A DNA stretch of 47,489 bases. It comes from Catajapyx aquilonaris. Its lineage: Eukaryota. Shown here piece by piece: positions 1-10,560 of this stretch. Positions within the stretch are counted from its first letter, which is position 1. Every line of letters begins with the position of its first letter. The notes below the pieces were generated by a model. The model worked only from the letters and a program-made list of their open reading frames with translations. It searched no databases and had not been told where the DNA came from. Position numbers and translations under genes: made by a program. The stretch spans positions 62,001-109,489 of the forward strand of contig JYFJ02000754.1 of NCBI GenBank assembly GCA_000934665.2. The letters are read 5' to 3'.

Positions 1-1743
1 CATCACTGTCATTTTCACCAATCCTGATCACCAGGGGCTTGACTGCCTCATCTATGGCGACCTCTGCACTCCAACATTTGTCCATCAGCATCTGGACATG
101 CTGGACTTCATTGGCCCACATTTCTGGAGTGATGTGTTTCAGTGCTTCTGCCCACACCTTCTTGGTTTGTGCCTCTCCAAACCCCTCCACTCCACTGTTC
201 TCTGCATAGTACTTCTTGGCCACAGACCACACGAACTCAATCGGATTGAATTGACAATGGTAGGGGGGAAGACGTACCACTTCATGACCTGCTTCCCTGA
301 CCATGTTATCCACAGCGTATTTCTTGTAGCCTTCCTTGTGCATCTGGGCCAGGTGAAGCAGCTCGATGCGGAGAGCATCCTCCGCGAAGGGTATGCGGTG
401 GTCCCTCAGCCAGTCTGCCAGCTGCTTCTTGTTCCATTTGGTGGCAGGGAGAGGTTCATGAAGCATCTGTACAAAATACAACAATGATTAATGTAATGTT
501 GATGGGTGATACCAAACTTATAACAAACTTATCCTTCCGGTAAACAGTTACATTGAGGCGGTGAAACTGACCCTAAAAGTCTAACTTGTGCTCTCTCCCA
601 TGCAAGTCTTTGGACAAGGTGATTATATATTGTGCCATCTACGTACCGAGTGGTATGGAGCATTATCCATGACCAGGAGAGTCCCAGGCTTGAGTTTTGT
701 CAGGAGCTTCTTGAGCCACTCGATGAAGGTGGGTCCATCCATCTGGTCATGGTAATCTTCACTTCGCTTCTTCGTAGTGAAAAGACGTCCAGCATCCTCC
801 ACAAAGCCGTGTTCATTGCCAGCATGAATCACTATGAAGCGAGGTCCGTCTGATGAAGGCCTCTTGATGCAGGATTTGGCAGTTCCATCCTGCCAGGCGT
901 AGGATGATGTTGTATTCATGTGGATCCAGGTTTCATCCATGTAGACGACTGGCCGAGGATTGGGCAGCTTTGCGTTGTTCCTCATTCGCCGGAGAAATGC
1001 AATTCTCTTCTCAGCTATGTCCTGCCTCTCAAGCAGCAACAAGCGGTTGTTCATCCGCTTCCATCTAAAGCCTAGCTTGCGCAGCACCGTACGCAGCGAA
1101 TCCTTTCCCCCAGTGAAGGGCACCTCTGAATTCTTCACGGCTGCAAGGATCTCCTCCATCTTGGTACGCTTTCTCTTCGCGTACATGTCATACACGATCT
1201 GGAAAAATGTGAAATTGTACTAATTGTTGTAAATTTATCAGAGTGAAAGAAAGCTAACTAAATATGGGTCCTTAATGTTTCACCTAGTGCTTGGGTGTAA
1301 ATGAGTAGCCCAATAAGATTACCAGAGGTTGCATGATGCAAATTTTTGTACAGTACATGAGTATAGGAGTGAAGGCAAAACTGGCTCACCTGTCGGATGC
1401 GGCTCAAATCAAAATCATCGAGGTCAGTCTTGGGTGCCATCCTCTTACGCTTCTTCCCTGGTGTGGACCTCTCCTCAGAATCCACACTACGGTAGCGCTT
1501 CTTCATGGTAGACAGGCCCCCTTTGCTCAGGTTGACATCGCTGTCTGCTGCTTGGGTGATGGGAATGATGGGCTCTCCTTCTTCTCCTGGTTCATAAACC
1601 ACTCCACATTCTCGACGATCTTGAACGCCTGCGTACCGATTGCACTCCCGTGGAAGCTGTGAGGTGGGTTGCTGTCTGTCGTCTGGGTTGAGGGCTGGGG
1701 TCACCTGGGCTACGTTGCCGGCTGGGTTGCTGTCGGTGGACAT
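1..1743 (-). CDS. DD82E (Sailor-type, IS630-Tc1-mariner) transposase; three exons 1743-1390, 1198-647, 466-<1; 3' end runs off the window
   Basis: Manual splicing gives one open frame. Intron 1 (1389-1199): RIRQ|GTGAGC...TTTTTCCAG|IVYDMY. Intron 2 (646-467): DNAPYHS|GTACGT...TTTTGTACAG|MLHEPLP. Both are phase 0 and GT-AG. Catalytic motifs are VYMDETW, LVMDNAPYH and RLPPYHCQFNPIE, with exactly 82 residues between the second D and the E. No stop before the window edge. Confidence 0.9.
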
Positions 1744-2164
1744 GACTCGCGTGGCTTGACAAGGGGGGAAGAGGTGGAAGACACGGGGTATGGGACACGA
1801 GATACGGGGGACTAATTTTTCAGGCGGAAGGACACCCAACGGAAAGGTTGCCAGCTACGGATAATTCTTCACAGCTTTTAATCGTTTCCTTGAATTCTTT
1901 AAAAATGGTTAATATCAGATTCGATAGCATGAACTGGTAAATAGTCAATTCAAGCAGGATGCTTCAATGGTTCAAGTGTAGGGCTCAAAATACGTCCCTA
2001 CAGGCGCCAGATATGACGAGGTATGAACACCCCGATCTGGCAACGGAAGCAGGTAGCAGGCAAATCTAAATTTTTTACTGTACAGCGTATTCCCGAAACC
2101 GGCGATTTCTTTTGTACAGTCGAAGGTTCACTCTTATGATCGTCGGACAGTAGCTGAACCAGTG
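1..2164 (-). mobile_element. Sailor/DD82E DNA transposon, 5' part
   Basis: Contains the transposase above. Candidate 5' terminus on minus: TA|CACTGGTTCAGC (TA at 2165-2166), consistent with the TA target duplication of this group. An alternative TA|CAGT end lies at 2080. The partner TIR is outside the window, so the end is unconfirmed. Confidence 0.7.
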
Positions 2165-2389
2165 TACCTCCTCATCAAACTGCATCCCCCCCGTAATTGC
2201 TACCTTGATAATTATTGCTGTTGAGGAGGATGCCCTGGATGGACGGGGCTGTCGCGCTATAGTACTTACTTTTATACACTACCACACAGACTTCACTGCG
2301 AGCAAAGCTGACTGCGGTTGGATGAAGGGAGCGGAAGGGAAAGGGGTGACTTTCATGGAGGAATGGATGTTATTCCGATATAAGAGAGT

Positions 2390-2690
2390 CTACAAATATT
2401 TCTTAATCTTTGAGATCTCGGGATCGTTTCTTTGCCATTCAGAGGTGAGATGACGACTTCCCATCGGAGAGCAGGTAGCCTCAGGCTGGGGAGACCGAGA
2501 CAAAGCGTCAACATGCGTGAGGAGTTTCCCCGGTTGGTATGATATATGGGGGGGAGTATTCCTCTAACAACAAGATCCATCGGGCAAATTTCCCTGTAGG
2601 GTTCCTCATGGACCTGAGGCACCTGAGGGGATTATGGTCCGTGATGATTTCACACTGTCGGCCGTAAATGTATGGGCTAAACGTTTCCTA
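2390..2690 (-). pseudogene. Gypsy LTR-retrotransposon pol fragment (RNase H and linker to integrase)
   Basis: Minus-strand translation with frameshifts: FSPYIYGRQCEIITDHNP / RCLRSMRNPTGKFARWILLLEEY..YQPGKLLTHVDALSRSP / WQRNDPEISKIKKYL. These match the Ty3/Gypsy RNase H motifs TDH, ARW and DALSR. Confidence 0.85.
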
Positions 2691-2829
2691 AAGATCTTCG
2701 CGGATAGAGTGGTAGCCATAATTTGCCCCTGGCCTCCTGGGAGGAGTAGACATAGTAGAGACTATTCTTCTCCAAACCACAGTGTACGGAAGGTACACGT
2801 AACCACTTACACCTTTGAACTTCCCTTAT

Positions 2830-3110
2830 CACTCTAAAATAATTTGAGTTATTGTAACTCAAATTGAGTTAATTTGAACTCAACTCACACCTTAACAATG
2901 GGTATTCTCTGATTTGAGTACATTGTACACAATGGATGGAGTAAAATTTTCAGCACTCAAAAATGTGTAAATGTTTCCCCCTCCATTTTGAGTAATTTTC
3001 AACACTTCATTGAGTAACATGAGCATATGTTTAGTCCACTTTTTCAACTCCATTTTGCGAAATTTTCCGCACGTTATTGAGTTCTTCTAAATCTTATTTG
3101 ATAACTCATA
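2830..3110. mobile_element. EnSpm/CACTA (CMC)-type terminus with subterminal repeats
   Basis: Starts CACTCTAAAA at 2830, followed by many TTGAGT/ACTCAA motifs in both orientations, as in animal EnSpm ends. No matching second TIR seen in the window. Confidence 0.6.
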
Positions 3111-3261
3111 AGTTCAGTGCCCGCCGTCTTCCTCGCCTGTTGTGCAGCAGCTCTGCCAATTGCTTTCCAAGAAAACATGAGGTAAGTTCTAAAGCAATTC
3201 GTGACTGTCCTGTGTCCGTCAATTATATGGGTATGCATTGAAAGGTGATTCATTCACTGAC

Positions 3262-3838
3262 TTAGGCACATGTATTCCAAGTGTTCGGCCCATGACTACA
3301 GATTCGTTCTCCGAGCATCATCTCTACAGGTTCAATGAAATGCATTCCAATCATTTTCAAATAATTAAGTCGACCTGACAGTGACCTCAATCCATCGAAG
3401 GTCACATCATCGGATTTATGAACGAACCCAACGGTCTCCGTCTTGTTTCCTTGGAATGATACGGCTGCGGCTGTTGTCATTGTCATCTGCTTGACGAGGC
3501 TGCCGTGGCTGGTCGGCTACTTTGATGGTTATAATAATGGTTTATTTAACTTGTGGTGAGGCTGGTTCTGTTGTACTTTTGTCAGACGGCTGTGAGACTC
3601 ACGTCATCATGTCAGTAAGAAGGGCTTGAATAATACTTGTGCTGGTTTTATTATACCGTCGAAATGGCACCTCACAAGTTTTTTCTTGGGGATGACCGAA
3701 CCCATCTTCTCTACGTGTAGGGTGTGACTGCAGGACATGGAACAGAAACCTTTCTTCAAACCCCAGGGATTTGAAGGAAATGAAAGTTGCATTGAAAACG
3801 AATGGTCTTCCTATGGGCTGTGGCAGGTATTTAGGCAT
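3262..3838 (-). pseudogene. EnSpm/CMC-like transposase N-terminal remnant
   Basis: TFDGLRSLSGRLNYLKMIGMHFIEPVEMMLGER resembles the F.GL.....R..Y......IEP.E..LG.R segment of animal EnSpm-like transposases. Upstream SFKSL...HVLQSH looks like a decayed C2H2 finger. Adjacent to the CACTC terminus. Confidence 0.5.
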
Positions 3839-4097
3839 AATCTATGCTAAAAGACGGCTGACTAGAGGTCCTCGAATGAAAGGCCTATAATAATTTTATC
3901 CCTGAATGTGGTGTCTCACGTGTACTATGAGTGACGAAGCTTGACAATGCTGGTTATACCTGTAGCAACTATACATTTAGCATATTATGCCAAACTCATG
4001 AGATCTAGTAGACAATGCTGCTTTATCTTTTTTGGGGGTTTTCTCTGAGCTACGTAACTGAATTTAGGTGAAGAAGTAGCAAGATGAAGTCCAGAAA

Positions 4098-4335
4098 CAT
4101 TCCTTCTCATGTAAACGTCGCTTCGTCACTGAAGAGCAGTATTACCTTTCCAGTATGTGGTTACAGGTGGTTATCATGTACTCTGTACTGCAAGGAGACG
4201 GTTAAGAGAGAACTGACTCCTGTGAAAGGATCACCAGTTTGTATCCGCTTATGCCATATGCATCGCACCAGACATTGTACTATAACTTCCCATTACTTAA
4301 CGGAATGTAATGAATCGTATCTCTGCATTTTGGTG
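4098..4335 (+). repeat. Dispersed diverged module; copy at ~7698-7930
   Basis: Shared text such as CTCATGTAAACG, GAAGAGCAGTAT, CCTTTCCAGTATGTG, GTACTCTGTACTGCAA and CAGACATTGTA at both loci in the same orientation. Confidence 0.85.
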
Positions 4336-4384
4336 TGGTGAAGAATGACGTCCTCTGGCGAGATTCTTTGTCTATACCTGCAGC

Positions 4385-4491
4385 TTGGTAGTAGAAAGTA
4401 GTAGAGCTTCGAGCCGTGACAGAAAAAGGGCATTACATTGAATAATAAACATTTAAAATAAACGTAATAAATGAAATTAACAACAAAACAG
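4385..4491 (+). repeat. Dispersed module; copies at ~8565-8673 and ~22855-22895
   Basis: AGAAAG(T/C)AGTAGAGCTTCGAGC at all three loci; ATGAAATTAACAACAAAACAG at the first two. Confidence 0.9.
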
Positions 4492-4519
4492 GCACCGCAC
4501 AACGCTCTTGGCGGATTAG

Positions 4520-4692
4520 CTCACGTCAACTGGAACAGGCATTCCACCAACTTCAGAAAAATTCTCGATCAATTCAGAAAATGTTTTGTAGGGATAGCTG
4601 CAAGACGTATGACTTGCTCAATTAAGCCAGGGTTGATATGATATTCTGACGAATCTCCCTGACATATGATGCACTTTTGCCAGTTGGTTGGG
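4520..4692 (-). pseudogene. Possible Academ-like large transposase N-terminal remnant
   Basis: PTNWQKCIICQGDSSEYHINP ... IENFSEVGGMPVPVDV resembles the T.W..CIICQ / F..LG.MP..D motif I associate with large invertebrate DNA-transposon proteins. Superfamily assignment is from memory. Confidence 0.35.
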
Positions 4693-6639
4693 CTCCCAAC
4701 GTGATGACCGTGTCCTGCTTAGCCAATGGGAAGGAGTGTCTCAAGGCACCTGATGTAGCAATAAGGTTGACCATTTTGAGATATTTTTTAAAAAACTATC
4801 ACTCTTGTGGAATGATGCGGGGTGTACCTTTGCGAAGTTTTCCATGATGAGCTACAGAAGCATTCGTCCCTTACCACTTTACTCATTCAGTCTTCCATGC
4901 TTTTCATGCTGTCGTCAGGCTGATTGGAAGGCCACTTGTTAAATGTCTCATTCATTTAGCACAAGGAACAATTTCTTCAATGAATGTTAATAAGTCGTCC
5001 TTTTAAATTTATTCATGACGTTCATGCAAAGCTTATGTCCTGTGAGAGTGAACAGCCCCGCTTAAAAGGAGCCTAAGATTCTTTGCCTTCAGTCTTAGGT
5101 GGCATAAGCAACCTTTGATTAGGGAAAAGTGTTAGTTGGCATTGTTATAAAGTGAAGTGTCCTTGTAACAGTTGTGGAAATAGGCCTAATATGTTTGTAG
5201 CAATTCAAACATCAGACGTGGTCATCAGCAGTTGGCTACATCACCGGATGGTAGCTGTTTGATTTTCTGTAGGTCTTTGTTATGGTGTCCTATATACAAG
5301 TATTTCGTTCACCATATGTCGTGATTGGTCATTATATCAAATTTTCAGAAGGAATATCGAAATCAATCCAACCAGTGTTTATAAGGTCAGACGAAACTTA
5401 ACTTCATCAGTTATCGTATTGCCTTTGTGGATCTTTTTTTGTGGTCAAGCTACCAACTTATCCAGCTTAGAACCAATATGATGGTTGAGTATAGATTTCT
5501 TATTGACTGAGCAACCTTATTTTTAACCAAGTAAGCAAAAACACAAAAAGCTCAAATTGTGGTCGGCGAGATAATATTAAGCCGTAGGTATGTGACATCT
5601 TTTCTCCTTTCGTCTTTCCAATGACAAAATCTGAACCATTATTATCAACTTGCAGTCAAAGGTCACCAGCATCTCATGGTCTCGTGGTGATGACAGAAGT
5701 GACAATAATTAATCTATCATTCTGCCATGAAATCACAACCTTACGTATGCAATTGTGCCCCCTTTTGCATGAGGGCTTGAACAATGCCTATACCCTTTAT
5801 TGAGTAACCATAACCAAGCGCTATACCTTCCTCTGATGATGACTCAATAATTCAAAACAATGCTTATTGTGTTTATATCTGGTTTTGATTCTTCTGTGTT
5901 TCAACTGGATATGACAAGTGATTATTTTTTTAAATATTTACATGTTAATGCCATGTAGTCGTATCATAACATAACTTTTCATAGCTGCATATAGCGGCAC
6001 TAGATTGTTTTTTGTGCTGTCACTTTTATTTTTAAAGGCCTCGGGAGGGAACTGTGGGGTCACCCAGTACAGTGATGGTTCTAACTGAATCCATAATACC
6101 CTATTGTAAGGTTGTTCAATTTATTTATCGCCCTGGTGGGCTGGTGTTGCAGTCTCATTGTTATAAATATTGATTATCGAGTTAACTGGTATTGTTATCA
6201 TTTAAATGAGAAAGAAGGGTCCATGCCCAGGTAGTAAATTTAAAACTGGTTATAATGACTGCATGTTCTCCTACATAATGCCATCCAGGACAGTTACTAG
6301 GAACTTACCAGTAGTGTGTAACATTTTAAATAATATCTACAATACTGGACAACTCCTCCAATAATTGTACGGCAGTCTGTGTATTTTATTGTATCTCTCA
6401 CGTTCTCCATGCATTTCACATAATTGAAGGGATAATAGCGTATATTGAGTGCACCTACACAAAAGCTTACTTCATTTGGTCTATTCCCCAAAAGGTATTA
6501 TGGACTTATTATCTTGAAACAATCAACAATTGAAATCACAATGATGACATGTCCCAAGCTCAGTTCCTGATTGGATCTGTAGTTATAAATAGTTTTTAGG
6601 TCAGTTTCATACTGTGGGGTAACCATTTCCATCCCGGAT

Positions 6640-6971
6640 TTTGTTCATGTTCATCGCTCATGTTGTAACTTGTAATCCTCTCTGTTAAGATTTTATTTGG
6701 GCAATTATTTAACATTGCTTGATATGCCTTGGCTGAAAGGTCTTGAGGTGAATTTTATTGACAGGAAGACAAGCCATGTGTCTGTTTATGCAAATCTCAC
6801 TGGGCAGAGGAGGTATGATGACCTCTTCGTCACTCTGCAGTGTTTAGTGAACATGGAAGTCAGTCATTCAAAAGTGAATTCCCTTCTTTTATATTATCCT
6901 CCACATAACCCGTCTGAATGAGACGGTTTAAGAGAGGATTGGCCGTAATGAAATGACCAGTAGTTTGTATG
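6640..6971 (+). repeat. Dispersed module; copy at ~29765-30095
   Basis: GCTGAAAGGTCTTGAGGTGA, CTGCAGTGTTTAGTGAACATGGA and TCCTCCACATAACCCG are collinear at both loci. Confidence 0.9.
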
Positions 6972-7304
6972 TACAGGTGCTTATCCAATATGTATGCCTT
7001 AAGTGTATTATGACTATTACGTTACGGGACGTAATAAATGATATCAAGTCATCTGGTGATCTAAAATGCACTCACAAAAAACATGTATGGCATTTCATCA
7101 TTCACATGTCCAAGAATTTGGCTCCATTAAAATTAATGGTAATTGGGCAAGCATATCTATTATTTTCTCGCGAGCCATGCATGACCCAGGATTGAAACTG
7201 AACATATTCAATCTTGTACGTGTCACAACTCCTGTCACCAAATGTGGCTGCTCTTATGCAAATACATCACTAATTTTTGGGGGTCTAAACACTTGGACAT
7301 GTTA

Positions 7305-7720
7305 CTGGGACATAACAGCATCCACCCTGTCAATATTCTTTTGTCTCTTTAAAAGACACCAAGTGCATGTGTCTAATAGCACTTCATATTTGAAATCGTG
7401 TAAGTTAATTGACCTATTAAACTCATTTCCAGATGGGATATCCAGGAAATAATGTGAGGTTCAGATGTTGGCGAACCTGGAGGTGAAAGTGTGGTGCTAT
7501 GTCATGCTGCGCAGAATGTGACATTTTCCATGAATTCTGGCAGTAGCTCTTGTTGGAACAGTCCTTATGTGTTGGTATAAGGTTTGTGGGGAACCATACA
7601 AACTGCGTCAGTAAATAATCATCAACAATACCTGTTCATATGTTCACTTCTTTCACTGGGGTTTTTCTTCACCCCGCAGGTGCGGTTTCTGGAATTAAAC
7701 ATTCGCTCTCATGTAAACGT
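7305..7720 (+). repeat. Dispersed two-part module; copy at ~18555-19045
   Basis: AGCATCCACCCTGTCA, TTTGTCTCTTTAAAAGACACCAAGTGCATGTGTCTAA, CCAGGAAATAATGTGAGGT and TTTCTGGAATTAAA are collinear at both loci; the middle sections differ. Confidence 0.9.
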
Positions 7721-7879
7721 TGCTCCGTAAGTGAAGAGCAGTATGTGCCTTTCCAGTATGTGATTTGTGACGTACTCTGTACTGCAAAGAGAAGGTTGAG
7801 ATAGATCACTAGCTTGTATGTGCCCATGCACAATATGCATGACATCAGACATTGTATCATATATATTATTACTTCCCAT

Positions 7880-8130
7880 TACGTACCGGGACGTAATCAC
7901 GCGGAACTGCTTCTCGCTCTGGTGACGCATGACATCGCGTCGTTCTCTCTGTCAGTATCCTATGCATTCTCTATCTGATTTGTCGGGTTTTGCGTTGTGG
8001 TATTTTATTTCTACTTGTCCATGTGCTCGTCATAAGAATGTGCTCTGAAATTTTGTGTCTGAATTTTTGCAGAAAATGACGTGGTTCAACCATAAGTGAC
8101 ACACACTCACTATTGTGCGCGTAGTGTGAC
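7880..8130 (+). repeat. Dispersed module; copy at ~30308-30555
   Basis: TCTCGCTCTGGTGA, ATGTGCTCTGAA, AAATGACGTG and CCATAAG are collinear at both loci. Confidence 0.75.
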
Positions 8131-8759
8131 CTATATTTGACACACAGACAAGTTCCCCTCGCCAGTTGTTGTTGCATTTGCCTTGAAATAATGCGCCACT
8201 CAAACGTCCTCTTGGAGTTTCTGGATGTTGTAATTACAACCTTCTATCTCCCGTTCTCTTTGTAATGCAAAAAATGCAGCCTCTTCATTGAGAGACTTGA
8301 GATTTTAATCCCAAAATGTGTATGTGTGCATTTTCAGCTCGAATGGGCTACCATAAGTGGAGAAAAATGAGAATTTTAAAAACTTTTCATATAATTATGT
8401 GCTGAATGAAGGTAGGGTGTGTGTAAATTTTGGTACGGAAGACATTGCAGCAAATTTCCCTTCCCTCCCGCCAGAAAATGCCACGAGTGAGACCGGTGGT
8501 GATGTTGTGTAATTATAGACTGACTTACAGGTCATGTTGTCCTCTGTATTAATCCTCTCTTGCAGCTCTAGCAGAAAGCAGTAGAGCTTCGAGCCGTGAT
8601 AGAAGGGCATTCCTACCCGTATATAACGAACATTTTTAAATAAAACCTAATGAATGAAATTAACAACAAAACAGAAACTAATAATATATTACATGTCGAT
8701 GGCACAGATATTGCAGAGAGTTTCAATACTGCAATATTTAAATCGTACTTGCAGAATGT

Positions 8760-9010
8760 CTATTTGGCCTACGCTTGATTTGACCCTGTATTTTACCTGC
8801 TTTATCTGCTGAATGTATGGGAATATTGAGATATCCATTGGAATCATGTTTCTAAGTATGACTTCCCCTTATATGAGCAGCTGTAATACTGATTAGTTTG
8901 TCTCAACGCCACCCTAGTTTGCTTACGCCTGTGTATGTTGATTTCTGACCCTTCCATAATCTCCGATTGGGGCGAGGTCTCCGATCTGTTGTCTTGTATT
9001 GATGCGTTTG
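8760..9010 (+). repeat. Dispersed module; copies at ~19405-19705 and ~35965-36345
   Basis: GATTGGGGC(G/A)AGGTCTCCG and CTAGTT..TTAC.CCTGTGT occur in all three copies; ATTTGGCCTACG.TTGATTTGACCCT in the first and third. Confidence 0.9.
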
Positions 9011-9079
9011 GCATCGGATCAGCATACGCCGCATAATCCCAATTTTATTGCTGTTAGGTGACCTCATTGTGCTCTCCTC

Positions 9080-9655
9080 AGCAGTCACACCACGGTGTAA
9101 CGTCTTGATGGGAATCTTCCTGTGCTGATATGCACACTAAATGTGGCATCACAGTCATATTGCTGGTTATGCTTTAATTTGTTGCATAATATTAACTTAC
9201 TGAAATGATGCTTAGAAGGTCAAAGTTCACTGGGCAATGCATACATGTGTCTGTGTGTGTATGTGTGTGTGGGTTTTCTTGAAGTGATGTGTATGATACA
9301 TCGTTTGTCGCTCAAAGAGACTGATAAGGGATTGGGAAGGGAAAAGTGACTGTTTGCGAATTTCAGCAGCAGATGTTGCTGACAAACCCCTCTAGTCTTA
9401 CACGTTCTTCTTTGGTGAGGCGGAATAGTGGAAGGACTGCCGTGCATTGATGCGATTCTTGAGTGCTGCCAAAACAATTAGTTTAGTCTTGGTGTTGTGT
9501 CACATCCTTTATCTTAACTGTGTTCGGCGCCTCGATTTGCTCCGCTGAATTCCTGGTAAGCAGTTTCCTTATGATGGTGGGCGTGTGGCCTTTTTAAAGT
9601 TTAACCCAGTCTGGCTTATTAAGAGTGTTTTGTCCACCACAAATGATTTAAGGCA
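9080..9655 (+). repeat. Dispersed collinear block; copy at ~37260-38146 with extra intervening sequence
   Basis: CAGTCACACC.CGGTGT, CTCAAAGAGA, CGGAATAGTGGAAGG, TGCATTGATGCGATTCTTGAGTGCTGCCAAA, TCCGCTGAATTCCTGGTAA and CCTTTTTAAAGTTTAACCCAG are collinear. Confidence 0.9.
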
Positions 9656-10294
9656 GAGCAGAAAGAGGACTGCTGCGCTTTGGAAGGATGACAAATCTGT
9701 TGGGTTTTCATGACAACCACAAAGAATTGTGATCATGAGAACTTCCTGCTATGAGCACACTTCTTCATACCTTATATCCCACCGATAGCATCCCCTCCTG
9801 TTATGAGTAAGGAGGACAGCTACATGGATGATCAACATGTCGCTCTCAACCCGGCAAAAGCGCCCAGCAATGACCTGACATGCACATTCGTCAATAACTT
9901 CAAATCAGAAACACTTGGGTGTGTAACAATCATCAAGAAATCTGCATCATATTTAAGCCGGATCTGGTGCCTTCGGCATGTTCGGGTACGTGAATTCATT
10001 TCTGGTTCAATCTCTGATTGGCTACATCCAGAGCAGTCGCTCATTCTGAAGTCCTAGGCGGAAAAGTTCTCTTTATAAGTCGTCTGTGGCTTTGTGCTGT
10101 AGGTTTCTGTGTAGCTTATTACCGTGCTCATGTCGAAACCCTGCTGAGATGAACTCATTTGTCTGTGTGGGGAGAGGGGACACTGGGGGGTCCGGTATGA
10201 GTATGTCCATCCACACTCTGTCGAAATCAGCCATTACTTCTATTATGTCAGAATCTAACGTGGCGATGGCTGGTGGTGTCTCTCTCCTGGGATA

Positions 10295-10560
10295 AGCAAC
10301 CTTTGATTAGAGAAAATTATAAGTTTTCTGTGTTCATGTGAAGTGTCCTTATAAAGTCATGGATCATGAACGTGTTTTTGAAGTCACTCTTGCAGTAATA
10401 ATTAAACACAAATGGACTTGCGCAGCTCTCCTCGTGTCCGTGGGTTTCTGTGATATATGTTGTCTGTCTCATTGGTCGTGGGTTGACCCCCGGGAGTGTT
10501 TAATCTGTCTGCGGGTATATTCACTGTCTTCCCATTTGGTACGCCTACATGAACGAGATG
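10295..10560 (+). repeat. Dispersed module; copy at ~25128-25350, partial copy at ~5105-5170
   Basis: GAAGTGTCCTT..TCATGGATCATGA, GGGAGTGTTTAAT and ATATTCACT are shared with the 25 kb copy; TAAGCAACCTTTGATTAG also occurs at ~5105. Confidence 0.8.

Noticed and set aside
9246..9272. Imperfect (TG)n microsatellite
   Set aside because: An ordinary short simple repeat; it is absent from the duplicate block at ~37.7 kb.
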